Positions 27,769-36,813 of a DNA stretch of 64,000 nt are shown here, in pieces. Position numbers and translations under genes: made by a program. Below the pieces are notes generated by a model. That model saw only the letters and a list, made by a program, of their open reading frames with translations, was not told the origin of the DNA and did not search any database. The stretch spans positions 62,001 through 126,000 of IMG/VR virus record IMGVR_UViG_3300028592_000004; one strand, given 5' to 3'. Numbering within the stretch: the stretch's first letter is position 1; the number at the start of each line of letters is the position of its first letter.

Positions 27769-28995
27769 TTATTCGGCGGCTTTCGTCAGCTCCACAACGA
27801 ACGTCGCCTTCTTGTATTCGATCAGGTGTTTCCCGATCAACTTCGTGGGCATTTCCTTGCCCTCGGCGACGACCTTGCCCTTCTCGTTCACGACGTAGAC
27901 GTCGATGTAGGGCGCTTCGTTGCCGTCTTCGGACGCGCCACCATTGGTGATGGCGACGACGACCTTGTCGGTCGTATCCGGGATCGTCTTCTGGATCGTC
28001 AGCAGCGCTTCACCGTCGCCGACGTCCTTGACCTTCTTCTTCATCGTGAGGAACTTCTGAGCCTGCGCGAGCTTCTCGGCCTTGACCTTGATGGTCATGT
28101 TGGCCTCGACGTCCTTCTCGGGCTCTTCTTCGTACTCCGCGTCCTGCTCCGGCGTCGTCCGGGACTTCTTGCCCTTGGACTTCGCCTTCGCCGGCTTCGG
28201 ATCTTCCTCTTCTTCGTCCTCGTCCTTGGACGCCTTCGAGGACTTGCTGGACTTCGACGACTTGTTGGACTTGGAGCTCTTGCCCTTGGGGGCTTCCTCC
28301 TCTTCATCCTCTTCGTCTTCCTGCTCCTCCTCGTCCTCCTCTTCTTCGGCAGGCTTCTTGGACGACTTGGAGCTCTTCGAGGACTTACCCTTTGCCGGCT
28401 TCGGATCCTCTTCTTCCTCTTCGTCGTCCTCTTCTTCGTCCTCGTCCTCTTCCTCATCCTCCTCTTCTTCGGCAGGCTTCTTGGACGACTTGGAGGACTT
28501 GCCCTTGGCGGGCTTCGGATCCTCTTCCTCTTCGTCTTCGGACTCGTCGTCCTCCTGCTCATCCTCTTCTTCGTCCTCTTCCTCCTTCGAGGCCTTAGAC
28601 GACTTGGAGGACTTGCCGGCCTTGGCTTTGCCCTTCGCTTCGGCCTCTTCGACCGCGGCGAGACGGAGCTCGACGAACTCACTGAACTTGAGGTCCGGCT
28701 TCTCCAGCAGGAAGTCGAGGTACTCGATGTACGCCGCGGCCTGGCCTTCGGCGTCGAGCCCTTCCTCTTCCGCGAGGTTGCCCATCAGGTACGAGGGCAG
28801 ATCGATCGTCGGCTCTCCGTCGACAACGGAGTCCTTGAAGAACTGCTCGAACGTCAGGTCTTCGTTGTACTGCGAGGCGATCACGAACGCCTCACAGAGC
28901 GCGATGTCGCCGCCGGCCTGGACAAGCTCCGCCGGGAGCGATTCGAGAAGCTCCTTCGGAGTGAGGACCTTCGTCGACTTCTTCTTCGGTGCCAT
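27769..28995 (-). CDS. protein with long disordered acidic / Lys-Ser block repeats
   Basis: Repeated EEEDPKPAKGKSSKSSK units between two folded-looking ends. Confidence 0.75.
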   Translation of the reverse strand: MAPKKKSTKVLTPKELLESLPAELVQAGGDIALCEAFVIASQYNEDLTFEQFFKDSVVDGEPTIDLPSYLMGNLAEEEGLDAEGQAAAYIEYLDFLLEKPDLKFSEFVELRLAAVEEAEAKGKAKAGKSSKSSKASKEEEDEEEDEQEDDESEDEEEEDPKPAKGKSSKSSKKPAEEEEDEEEDEDEEEDDEEEEEDPKPAKGKSSKSSKSSKKPAEEEEDEEEQEDEEDEEEEAPKGKSSKSNKSSKSSKSSKASKDEDEEEEDPKPAKAKSKGKKSRTTPEQDAEYEEEPEKDVEANMTIKVKAEKLAQAQKFLTMKKKVKDVGDGEALLTIQKTIPDTTDKVVVAITNGGASEDGNEAPYIDVYVVNEKGKVVAEGKEMPTKLIGKHLIEYKKATFVVELTKAAE

Positions 28996-29036
28996 GCTTC
29001 ATTCTTCCTTCGAGTGGGTGCTCAGAGCAGAGCGAA

Positions 29037-29228
29037 CTAGGACTGGATCTCGGCCGCGGGGCCGGCAATTTTCGGCTGAAGTTCATCACGCCAGATACGG
29101 CAGTTGCTCGGCGCGTTGACGCCGATCCGTGCCTTATCCTGGCGGCTGTCGCAGAGGACGATCTCAATCAGACCATCACTGGTCTCGATGACGATCTTTT
29201 CGTTTTTCTTACGGGACAGGACGAGCAT
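29037..29228 (-). CDS. csrA: carbon storage regulator CsrA/RsmA homologue
   Basis: MLVLSRKKNEKIVI...ARIGVNAP..CRIWRDEL; start ATG 29228. Confidence 0.92.
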   Translation of the reverse strand: MLVLSRKKNEKIVIETSDGLIEIVLCDSRQDKARIGVNAPSNCRIWRDELQPKIAGPAAEIQS

Positions 29229-29311
29229 TTTCGAATCCTTCTTTTGACGTGGTGATAGCCCTCCTGGGCGTAGGGTAACTGGTCCGGGAAACCGACTACA
29301 AGGGCCGGAAT

Positions 29312-30277
29312 CTACCGAAGAAATTCGCCAAACGCCGCGACGTTGCGTCGGCGGCACATGGCGTTGTAGAGGTCGACGACCTGATTCAGATCTCTCGATC
29401 GAAGAAGATACGTCGGGTAGCGCTGGACGCTGGCCAGGGCCTTGACTGCGTCCATCGGCGTGGGCTGCTCAATGCGCCGCACTTGGATTCGACCCAGACC
29501 GGACCGACTCGGATCACCGTAGACGGCTTCAGGAATCTGGGCACCAGCCGGATACAGCAACAACTGTCGGAACCGCATTGTCGGATGGGTTCCCTGTTTG
29601 TCGCCAGACAGGCTCATCACCTCAATCGCGCCGCTAGCCTCGAACTGGCGCATCATCTTCCGGGCTCGCCAGCGGTCGATCCGCGTGTCGATGAACTGTG
29701 TGAACGACATCTTCAGGCCGGCACGACGAATCGAGTAGAACTGCGGATCGTGCAGAACATGCTCATACACGGCATGTGAGTACGTTTCCGATCGAACAAC
29801 GAGGTCGTACTTCGTACAAGGCTGGGCAAGTCTCTGCCGGAACATCGACCAACCGTCGTCCTCTGGGTAGAGGTACGTGTCAGCCAGCTGCGGAAAGAGA
29901 ACTCGTTCGATCTGTTGCCAGCTGTTGCCAACGCGACGGGACCAACACCAGGGGCAGATGTTGGCGAGATTGCAATGTCGAAGGTTAAACGACTTGCCAC
30001 CCTCTTTGAGTCCGATGTCGCAACAGACGGGCATGCAGTTCAGAACATACGAGAGGTGATCTTCCCGATTGCCAGTGGTCTCCTCCCACCCGTTCTTCGT
30101 CAGCAACCCGACCCGAGCCCTCCAAATCGAAAGCACGGACGCCAGAGCCTCCTTAGTCGCCTGCTTGCCGGAAACAGGGTGACCGACGATCGTCGAAATG
30201 ACGGCGTAGATCTGAGAGAGGCTGAACGGACTCGCAATTTTCGGGTAGAGGATCTTGAGCGGCAGAATTTTCGGCAC
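29312..30277 (-). CDS. remote rolling-circle Rep (HUH family)-like protein with Zn knuckle, HUH motif lost
   Basis: CNLANICPWCWSRR (cf. Rep_1 C..RLCP.C.WRR), GAIEV, SVQRYP (cf. AKY), C-terminal AMCRRRNVAAFGEF. Confidence 0.45.
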   Translation of the reverse strand: MPKILPLKILYPKIASPFSLSQIYAVISTIVGHPVSGKQATKEALASVLSIWRARVGLLTKNGWEETTGNREDHLSYVLNCMPVCCDIGLKEGGKSFNLRHCNLANICPWCWSRRVGNSWQQIERVLFPQLADTYLYPEDDGWSMFRQRLAQPCTKYDLVVRSETYSHAVYEHVLHDPQFYSIRRAGLKMSFTQFIDTRIDRWRARKMMRQFEASGAIEVMSLSGDKQGTHPTMRFRQLLLYPAGAQIPEAVYGDPSRSGLGRIQVRRIEQPTPMDAVKALASVQRYPTYLLRSRDLNQVVDLYNAMCRRRNVAAFGEFLR

Positions 30278-30287
30278 GGTCTTCCTT

Positions 30288-30305
30288 TCAATTCCCGCGG
30301 ATTGA
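30288..30305. promoter_or_regulatory. 18-bp palindromic operator-like motif
   Basis: TCAATTCCCGCGGATTGA, 10 nt before the GTG at 30277; identical inverted copy at 36838. Confidence 0.7.
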
Positions 30306-30338
30306 ACCGGACGCAGAATAGCCAGTCGGAGGAGCCTG

Positions 30339-30412
30339 CACTACGTTATGTCGTCGAAAAACCCCCACTACGTTATGTCGACATAACCCAGTTACCTATT
30401 ACAAGGTAATAG
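30339..30412. repeat. direct repeat and palindrome cluster (iteron/origin-like)
   Basis: CACTACGTTATGTCG at 30339 and 30366; perfect palindrome GTTATGTCGACATAAC 30372-30387; CTATTAC-aag-GTAATAG 30396-30412. Confidence 0.75.
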
Positions 30413-30571
30413 TGCGCCTCCACGGACGGCCGCTCCGCTCGAAGAGCGGCGGAGCGTATGCCGTCGTGTCGGCGGAATGGGATCAAAATCACGCCACGAA
30501 TGAATAGTGGCCCGGTGTCACGATCCTTCGATCAACCGGGCCACGCTCCGCCACCGGGCGATTCGATTCCG

Positions 30572-30856
30572 TCATCCACGACGTCGACACGATGCCAGCG
30601 CAGGTCTGAGTGTCTCCTCATCCGCGATCACCAGTCGTGCTCTGTCAGCTTCGAGCCAGACCGTGGCCCCGCACTTCAGGGGATCATCCGGCTGATACTT
30701 CAGCGTAGCGATCACCTTTCCCTGATCATCCACGATCTGGATCTTCTGCGCCTTCTCAATGCTCCGGTAGGTGCGAAGAGAGAGCGGCGGGTTACGACTG
30801 CCGGTCTTGCGATTACCGCGAAGGATGTGCTGATCGACGTGAATGATCGCCTTCAC
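30572..30856 (-). CDS. conserved phage hypothetical protein
   Basis: IHVDQH..R.N.K.G...P and PLKCGATVWLE pattern, which I recognise from many phage genomes. Confidence 0.7.
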   Translation of the reverse strand: MKAIIHVDQHILRGNRKTGSRNPPLSLRTYRSIEKAQKIQIVDDQGKVIATLKYQPDDPLKCGATVWLEADRARLVIADEETLRPALASCRRRG

Positions 30857-31470
30857 GACTTCCCTTTCCGAAGTTTCGGGAGCACGAAGTTGCTCCCCTT
30901 CTTCTTCGAGACACGGTTGAACTTCTCAACGATCGACTGCGCAAGGTTGATGCCGCCGGCACTAGCAACCAAGACGGCGTAGATCACCGTATCGGCGAGT
31001 TCTTCGCCCAGACGCTCGAACGTGCCGCCCTTCGACTCCGTGACGATCTTCTTGGCGACATTCGAGGCTTCGCCGGACTCACCACAGAGCGCGCCAGTCC
31101 ATTCGAGCAGGCTCCATTCGGCGCTCTTGCTGAACGATTCCATGCTGCGGGCCGTGCAAATCGACTGGAGGGTGTCCAGATCGAGTACAGTAGGCGCCTG
31201 CTCTGCGAGCCGATCCAGCACCTTCTCCGCGACGGCCGTCATGAGCATGCCGTTTGACGAATTGGGGTTGAACTTGCGGGTGTCCTTCCGCGTCTCGTAC
31301 CCGAAGCTCGGGGCGAGCTTCTCGTACGTCTTGTGGAAGAACTCCGCCAGTCCGCGGCAGGCGAGTTCCTTCTCAGTCAGCGCGCTTGCCGAGCTTTCGC
31401 TGGAGTCTTTCGAGCTCGGCTTCGTCTTTGGCTCTTTGGACTTTTTCGGCTGCTTTCTTTCTTTTGGCAT
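30853..31470 (-). CDS. MazG-like NTP pyrophosphohydrolase
   Basis: LCGESGEASNVAKK, LGEELADTVIY, IVEKFN. Confidence 0.85.
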   Translation of the reverse strand: MPKERKQPKKSKEPKTKPSSKDSSESSASALTEKELACRGLAEFFHKTYEKLAPSFGYETRKDTRKFNPNSSNGMLMTAVAEKVLDRLAEQAPTVLDLDTLQSICTARSMESFSKSAEWSLLEWTGALCGESGEASNVAKKIVTESKGGTFERLGEELADTVIYAVLVASAGGINLAQSIVEKFNRVSKKKGSNFVLPKLRKGKS

Positions 31471-32122
31471 CTCGCTTTTCTTTCAGGGAAGTGAGGTTGA
31501 GGGACTTCCGTTGTGCGACTTCCAAGACCACGGCGTCTTCGATCCGACTCGTGCCAAATGCGAAGACTGTCTTGATGGCCGCATGCTGTGCGGAGTCCCA
31601 GTCTTTTGCTTTCAACGGGATAATTCGCTGGTTGCAGCCGATCGTGTGGTCGCAACCGTGGCCGCAGCCGAACAGCAGCAGCACGAATTTGGAGTTTCTC
31701 GCCGGATCCTGCGCCCGGCGGCGTTTGGCTGCCTTCGCATATTCCTTCTCCTGGGCCAGGTGCTGCTGTCGACGTTGCTCCGTGACCCAGGTCTTGAACT
31801 CGTCCCTGTATCCGGTCGGGGACAGGCCCTCGATCGGATAGTAGGCGACGATCGTCCAACCGGCGCCGCGCAGGACGACGTGGTTGGTTCCGAAAGTGAA
31901 CTTGACGCTTTTGTCGTCAGGTGCTTTCAGTCGGAAGATCGTCTCGTCGTCATCGCGGACGAAGGTCGGAATGCCGAAACCGTCGATCCCTGAGAACTCC
32001 GACACGAACTGCTTGGCATCGTTGTTCGGCAGCTCTCGCTGAAACCACTCGAAACAGATCAGGCGATCAAACTGCCCAGACCGCAGACACTCTGTGAGCT
32101 GGGCCTCTGTCTTTGGTTTCAC
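31373..32122 (-). CDS. hypothetical protein
   Basis: 249-aa ORF with GGAGG RBS and GTG start. Confidence 0.65.
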   Translation of the reverse strand: MKPKTEAQLTECLRSGQFDRLICFEWFQRELPNNDAKQFVSEFSGIDGFGIPTFVRDDDETIFRLKAPDDKSVKFTFGTNHVVLRGAGWTIVAYYPIEGLSPTGYRDEFKTWVTEQRRQQHLAQEKEYAKAAKRRRAQDPARNSKFVLLLFGCGHGCDHTIGCNQRIIPLKAKDWDSAQHAAIKTVFAFGTSRIEDAVVLEVAQRKSLNLTSLKEKRDAKRKKAAEKVQRAKDEAELERLQRKLGKRAD

Positions 32123-32135
32123 AGAGACCTCCTAG

Positions 32136-32531
32136 CTAGGGTTCGATATTCGCGGCGATGTTGGCAAATGCCGTAAGGATCTCAGTGAACGCTTCTCGCG
32201 TCTGCCGCAGATTGTGGACCAGCGTCGACGTTGACGCCGGATCCCCTGAGGCGGCGTTAAGACTGCCGCCTGCAGTCTTCTCGGCCTGAGGCGGTCGCTG
32301 ATATCGGGCTGTCGCCGTATTCAGCATCTCGACGATCTTCCATCCGTCGGAGATCAGTGATGCGGCCATACTGAACTCGACATCGACAGGTCTATCTGGT
32401 GGTGGAGCACCGCCGATACCGGCTGGAGGGGCCGCTCCCGGCGCGTCGGACTTGTCGGCGTATCCGCCAAGCCTCCCGCCCTCAGAAGGGCCGGTGGGAA
32501 TTCCGTGAAGTGAACGAAACACAGCGGACAT
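32136..32531 (-). CDS. hypothetical protein
   Basis: 131-aa ORF packed between thyX and the next gene. Confidence 0.55.
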   Translation of the reverse strand: MSAVFRSLHGIPTGPSEGGRLGGYADKSDAPGAAPPAGIGGAPPPDRPVDVEFSMAASLISDGWKIVEMLNTATARYQRPPQAEKTAGGSLNAASGDPASTSTLVHNLRQTREAFTEILTAFANIAANIEP

Positions 32532-32534
32532 GGT

Positions 32535-33656
32535 TCAAACTGCCTGTGTGGTGGAACGGGGACGGGTCTTGAGGTAGCGGGTCAGCTCTTCGTCGCTCAT
32601 CTCGTCGAGCGCCATCTGAGCCGACAGCTCGTACGGCTGCATCCGCATGCCGTACACCTCGGGGATGCCTTCGATCATGCGCGTCTTCGCGCCGTAGAAG
32701 GCCAGGGGATACTTCGCCTTGACCATCTCGAAGATCTTGGCGAAGACAAAGCGGATCTCCCACTCCGCGAACTTGGCGGTCCGCATCAGCACGGTGTGCC
32801 GAAGCGTCCGCAAGTTGCACGAGAACGCGATCTCATTCGACTGACCGTTGGGAGCGATCCGCCGAATGGCGCTGGTCATCTTCTTCCGGATGTCGAAGTT
32901 GAAGGAGTTGTCCGGCTCCCACTTCAGGTGATGGGCCAGCTCAGCGACAACTTCACCACTCCAGTCTCCCGCGGCATCCTTTGGCGTACTGAGCAGCGCC
33001 TTGATGACGTCGGGTACGTGATCCCGGTAAGACTTCTCGATCAGGAGACCGGCATTCCGCACGGCGTTGTAGTTGCCGAAGGTGAGGTCTTCGGCGAACA
33101 GGTGCTTCGACAGACCGCCAGGCGGCTTCCGAAGACCGAGCCGGCACTCAGCCAGGTAGACCGTCTTCTCGATCTGGGCGGCGCACGTCTCGAACAGGTC
33201 CCGCACCGGATTCAGGATCGGGTCCCACACGAGCTGCATGTTCTCGATCCGACAGTAACGGCCGGACGTCTGACTGAACGCCGTGCCGATCCGATGTCGA
33301 ACGAGCTCATGGGTGAAGACCCGACTGCAGTCCCGAATCAGGAAGTTGAACTGGACGTGCTCGAAGATCGACCCGTGGGCCGTATCGAAGCATCCGACCA
33401 GGTTGTCCCAGATATCCCGGGTCCGCGACACGTTCGAGTTCTTCCCAAGCGTGAGGCTCTTGTAGCAGAGCTTCGCGAACATCGAGCAGAGGATCTCCGC
33501 CCACGACAGACCCTGCTTGAGGGCCAGGTCCACTGACTCCAGGAACTGCTGATTCCCGGTGTCGATCAGGTAGCGGCTGACCTCGTTCTCGTCGACCTGG
33601 GTGAAGCCAACGAAGTAGACGCTGGGCTGCACGAAACGTTCAAACTCATCATCCAT
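32535..33656 (-). CDS. thyX: flavin-dependent thymidylate synthase
   Basis: AKLCYKS, HGSIFEH, SRVFTHELVRHR, SQTSGRY. Confidence 0.92.
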   Translation of the reverse strand: MDDEFERFVQPSVYFVGFTQVDENEVSRYLIDTGNQQFLESVDLALKQGLSWAEILCSMFAKLCYKSLTLGKNSNVSRTRDIWDNLVGCFDTAHGSIFEHVQFNFLIRDCSRVFTHELVRHRIGTAFSQTSGRYCRIENMQLVWDPILNPVRDLFETCAAQIEKTVYLAECRLGLRKPPGGLSKHLFAEDLTFGNYNAVRNAGLLIEKSYRDHVPDVIKALLSTPKDAAGDWSGEVVAELAHHLKWEPDNSFNFDIRKKMTSAIRRIAPNGQSNEIAFSCNLRTLRHTVLMRTAKFAEWEIRFVFAKIFEMVKAKYPLAFYGAKTRMIEGIPEVYGMRMQPYELSAQMALDEMSDEELTRYLKTRPRSTTQAV

Positions 33657-33669
33657 TGTGAGGGTCCTT

Positions 33670-33687
33670 TCAAAACCCGCGGATTGG
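33670..33687. promoter_or_regulatory. 18-bp palindromic operator-like motif
   Basis: TCAAAACCCGCGGATTGG (15/18), 13 nt before thyX ATG. Confidence 0.65.
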
Positions 33688-33688
33688 A

Positions 33689-34888
33689 TTACGCCTCTTC
33701 CCGGAAGCGGAGCGCGATCGGCATCCGCAGGGAGGGAGGTGTGGAAGTCGTCCGGCCGAAGTGCTTGACTGTCAGCAGGCGACCCTTGTACTGGTCACCC
33801 TCAATGAGGAACTTCCGTTTCTCGTTGTGGGTGCCAGGCGCCAGGATGTCGAACTCGCGTCCGCCGTCCGGCATCTTGCAGATGAAGACGCACATTCCCT
33901 TGTGCGTGCCACGGCCTTCCTTGAAGCCGGTAACGAGGAACTCCTCGTCCTTCCATGTCTTGACCTTCAGCAGCTCGCGGGACCGCTTGCCGGGCAGGTA
34001 CAGACCTGATCCAGCGCGGTACATCGCACCTTCGAAGCCCTGCTCGACCCACTCGCTTTGGACTTTCAGCAACTGGTCCTCATTAGAGACCGGCACGGTC
34101 TCGACGAGTTTGAAGAAGTCCGGAGACTTCCGCAGCAACTTCGCGAGCTTTTCGCTTCGCTCACGGAAGGGGGTATCTGGCATCGCAAGATCGTAGGCGT
34201 GGAAGTGGATCTTCTCGCTGTTGTCTTGCTTCCGCTTGATCGCGGAGGTGATCGCCTGGAACGAGAGCTCGTGGCTGTACAGCTCACCGTCGACGACCAG
34301 CTCTTCGCTCATGAAGCTGTGAGCCGAACTCTCGATGTGGGCCATCGTGAGGATGGCCTTTCCTTCGCGGCTCGTCAGGGTGATCTGGCCGTCAACCAGG
34401 CGCAGGTTGCAGCGGTGTCCGTCGAACTTCGGCTGAGCGAGCGCGTCGTCCCAGTCGATCTTCGCCTTGTGGTCTTCGTACTTCTCGGCCAGCATCGGAC
34501 CGGCCATGCGCTTCGCCGCGGACTCGTTGGCGTCCGGGTCGAGCCCGTAATGCTTGCGGTCCTTCTTCACGTTCCACTTCGACTGGGCCTCGTTGTAGGC
34601 CTGCTGCAGCGGAGTGGTGGCGTTCTTCCTGCCCTCGTTCTTGCCTTCCTTGATGACCTCCTCTTCGGTCCGCATCTTCCCGTTCACGAGGCCGTACTGA
34701 ACGATGATCCTGCCGTACCCTTCCTTTGTCTGCTCGACAGAGATCTTCCAGACCTGGACCTCCTGACTGGAAGTCCGCTTGAAGAGGGGAGGGAACTGGG
34801 GGAGAGAGTCTTTACCCACGGGAGGGTCCTTCTGGTTTGGGAGGGGAAAAATTTTCAGAAATCTTTCCCTGTTTGGATTCAAGAGCAT
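33689..34888 (-). CDS. ATP-dependent DNA ligase
   Basis: QPKFDGHR (KxDG), DGELY, FHAYD, EGAMYR, LLKVK. Confidence 0.9.
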   Translation of the reverse strand: MLLNPNRERFLKIFPLPNQKDPPVGKDSLPQFPPLFKRTSSQEVQVWKISVEQTKEGYGRIIVQYGLVNGKMRTEEEVIKEGKNEGRKNATTPLQQAYNEAQSKWNVKKDRKHYGLDPDANESAAKRMAGPMLAEKYEDHKAKIDWDDALAQPKFDGHRCNLRLVDGQITLTSREGKAILTMAHIESSAHSFMSEELVVDGELYSHELSFQAITSAIKRKQDNSEKIHFHAYDLAMPDTPFRERSEKLAKLLRKSPDFFKLVETVPVSNEDQLLKVQSEWVEQGFEGAMYRAGSGLYLPGKRSRELLKVKTWKDEEFLVTGFKEGRGTHKGMCVFICKMPDGGREFDILAPGTHNEKRKFLIEGDQYKGRLLTVKHFGRTTSTPPSLRMPIALRFREEA

Positions 34889-35153
34889 TCGCTCTCACGA
34901 TGAGCCGCAGTTTGTCGGTGCTGGAGAGTCGTTTCACTGCGATCTCCAGCTGAGCCGCCTCCCGGTGCGGCATGCCAGGAGAACAGCAGACCAACCGGAG
35001 CGGTCGACCCCAGCCGCGAACACACTTAGCGCCCTTACCACTTTGGTGCTGGGCCAGCCGACGTGGGACGTTGGTGGAGATGCCGGTGTACCGCAGAACG
35101 CCCAGCGAGTCGGTCAGGATGTAGACGTGCCACGTCTTTCGCTCTGGAGGCAC
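34812..35153 (-). CDS. small GIY-YIG nuclease (UPF0213-like)
   Basis: WHVYIL...YTGISTNVPRRLAQHQSGKGAK; GTG start with GGAGG. Confidence 0.85.
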   Translation of the reverse strand: MPPERKTWHVYILTDSLGVLRYTGISTNVPRRLAQHQSGKGAKCVRGWGRPLRLVCCSPGMPHREAAQLEIAVKRLSSTDKLRLIVRANALESKQGKISENFSPPKPEGPSRG

Positions 35154-35185
35154 CGGAACGGCCCTCCAGAGCCCCAGGACAGCGT

Positions 35186-35713
35186 CTAACGCAGAAAGTC
35201 CCGCCACAGGCCTGACTCCTTGGGCCGGGCTCCCTGGTTGGCGTACTTGCCCGCGTAGGGCTGACGCTCTCCCAGGAGAGTCGTATAAGCGATCTGACAT
35301 ATTTCGATCCCTGCATAGATCTTGATCGGTTTGACCGTGAAGATCTCCAGGGTCCAGTGCCCGGCGAATCCGTCGTCGCCGAAGCCGGCTGTGGCGTGCA
35401 CAGACAGGCCCAAACGCCCGACCGAGGACCTCCCCTCAAGGAAAGGGGCAAAGCCTTCAGTCCGCGTGTATTCGATTGTGGCGCCCAGGTAGAAATCTCC
35501 GGGATAAATCCAGAATCCCTCCTCAGGAATCTTGATTTCCTTCACCGGGTTCGACGTCGCCATGTCGAGGTGGGTCTGCTCATATCGGATCAGCGTGTCC
35601 GACAGGCAGAGGTTGTACGAGTTCGGGTTGAGGCGTTTCTCCTCAAAAGGGGCAATCTGAATCGTCCCCTTCCGAATCTCTTCGCGAATCTGGGGTCCTG
35701 TCAGGACGGACAT
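35186..35713 (-). CDS. dcd: dCTP deaminase
   Basis: LNPNSYNL, EGRSSVGRLGL, AGFGDDGFAGHWTLEI, EICQI. Confidence 0.92.
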   Translation of the reverse strand: MSVLTGPQIREEIRKGTIQIAPFEEKRLNPNSYNLCLSDTLIRYEQTHLDMATSNPVKEIKIPEEGFWIYPGDFYLGATIEYTRTEGFAPFLEGRSSVGRLGLSVHATAGFGDDGFAGHWTLEIFTVKPIKIYAGIEICQIAYTTLLGERQPYAGKYANQGARPKESGLWRDFLR

Positions 35714-36419
35714 GGGCCTGGGCTTTCTTTCTGGCCCCGCGGAGCTGGCGCCTTTCGCGAACGCCGCGCGGGTGGGGGTTAAGGTCAAAGACCGAGAGAG
35801 GTTCGTTGGTCGTCGGGTCGGAGGGAACCTGTACCTCCTGAATCCCAAGCCGCGATTGCCGAGACAGATGGTCGCAGTAGACGTTGAGGGCCAGGCTCTC
35901 CCGAGGGATCCAGTGCCACTCGATTCCGAACCCGCGACGGTCCAGTTCCATGACGCCGGCCCACAGTGCAGCGTTCTTCACGTCGCTGAGGGCGGTATGA
36001 CCCGAACGGAGCGCGGTGCCTGTGTCGGCAACGTACTCTGAGTCGGTGAGGACGTGGATCCGAAGAGGACGGCCGTACTGCTTGCGCAGTGCCCGGCCGT
36101 CGTTTTCCGAAAACCAAAGAAGGGCATGGATCGTCGGAATCAGCTCCCCGATTCCGATCGTGCCCGTGTTGAAAGCGCCGCTGAAGATCTTCCGGGTCCG
36201 GTTGTGGCGGTCGATCAGAACCGCGGCCCAACCGCACCCGAGCGTCCAGCCTGTCCCACTGCCGTCACTGACAATGATCACGTCCCAATTCGCAATGTTG
36301 AGACGAAGAGCGACGGCGTTGATGTCGCTCTCGTCAGTGACGACCTTGGGCTTCTTCGGCTTGACGGCCTTATCCGGGGTTTGACACCGGCGGCTGTTCT
36401 TTGGGTGGAAGTTTGTCAC
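35643..36419 (-). CDS. rnhA: ribonuclease HI
   Basis: VSDGSG, IGELIP, VLTDSEYV, WIPR...N..CDHLS; probable GTG start 36419. Confidence 0.85.
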   Translation of the reverse strand: MTNFHPKNSRRCQTPDKAVKPKKPKVVTDESDINAVALRLNIANWDVIIVSDGSGTGWTLGCGWAAVLIDRHNRTRKIFSGAFNTGTIGIGELIPTIHALLWFSENDGRALRKQYGRPLRIHVLTDSEYVADTGTALRSGHTALSDVKNAALWAGVMELDRRGFGIEWHWIPRESLALNVYCDHLSRQSRLGIQEVQVPSDPTTNEPLSVFDLNPHPRGVRERRQLRGARKKAQAHVRPDRTPDSRRDSEGDDSDCPF

Positions 36420-36813
36420 GAATGTCCTTTGCGAGGGACTCGAAAACGGACTCCATCTCGTCCATGCTGTTTCGGAGCATGCCGAGCTGGAATTCGAGAA
36501 GCGCGACCGTTTCACGTGCGAGTCGCAGGAGACGAGCCGGTTGAGTGATCGGGGTGCCGTTTCCGATCATGAGACTGGCGACAGGCCCGCCGGGGTTGGG
36601 GAACTTCCACGAGAGGACGAAGGCGACTCCGTCAATCTCGGGTATCTTCTCCATCACTGCTTTTGCTGCGGCTTGCAGCTCGCCGACCGCCTGCTGATCG
36701 ACTGGTAGTCTTTCCTCCATCGTCGTTTTCTTTCTCGTGCTGGTTCTGCAGCTCTTCGGTGAACTCCTGCTCTGTCCGTCGCTGTTGAACTTCAAGTTCG
36801 TAGTCGTGGCCAA
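36370..36813 (-). CDS. hypothetical protein
   Basis: ORF downstream of operator motif; alternative start ATG 36720. Confidence 0.6.
   Translation of the reverse strand: MATTTNLKFNSDGQSRSSPKSCRTSTRKKTTMEERLPVDQQAVGELQAAAKAVMEKIPEIDGVAFVLSWKFPNPGGPVASLMIGNGTPITQPARLLRLARETVALLEFQLGMLRNSMDEMESVFESLAKDIRDKLPPKEQPPVSNPG

Noticed and set aside
29469-29486. Additional copy of the 18-bp operator (TCAATGCGCCGCACTTGG)
   Set aside because: Only 13/18 and deep in coding sequence; half-sites at 15969 and 59480 were similarly too weak to count
30550-30580. tRNA (ATTCGATTCC resembles a T-loop)
   Set aside because: A53 instead of G, no D-arm, anticodon arm or acceptor stem; no convincing tRNA anywhere in the window
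34812-35153. GIY-YIG as a mobile homing endonuclease
   Set aside because: Short UPF0213-type protein with no DNA-binding extension and no intron or insertion context
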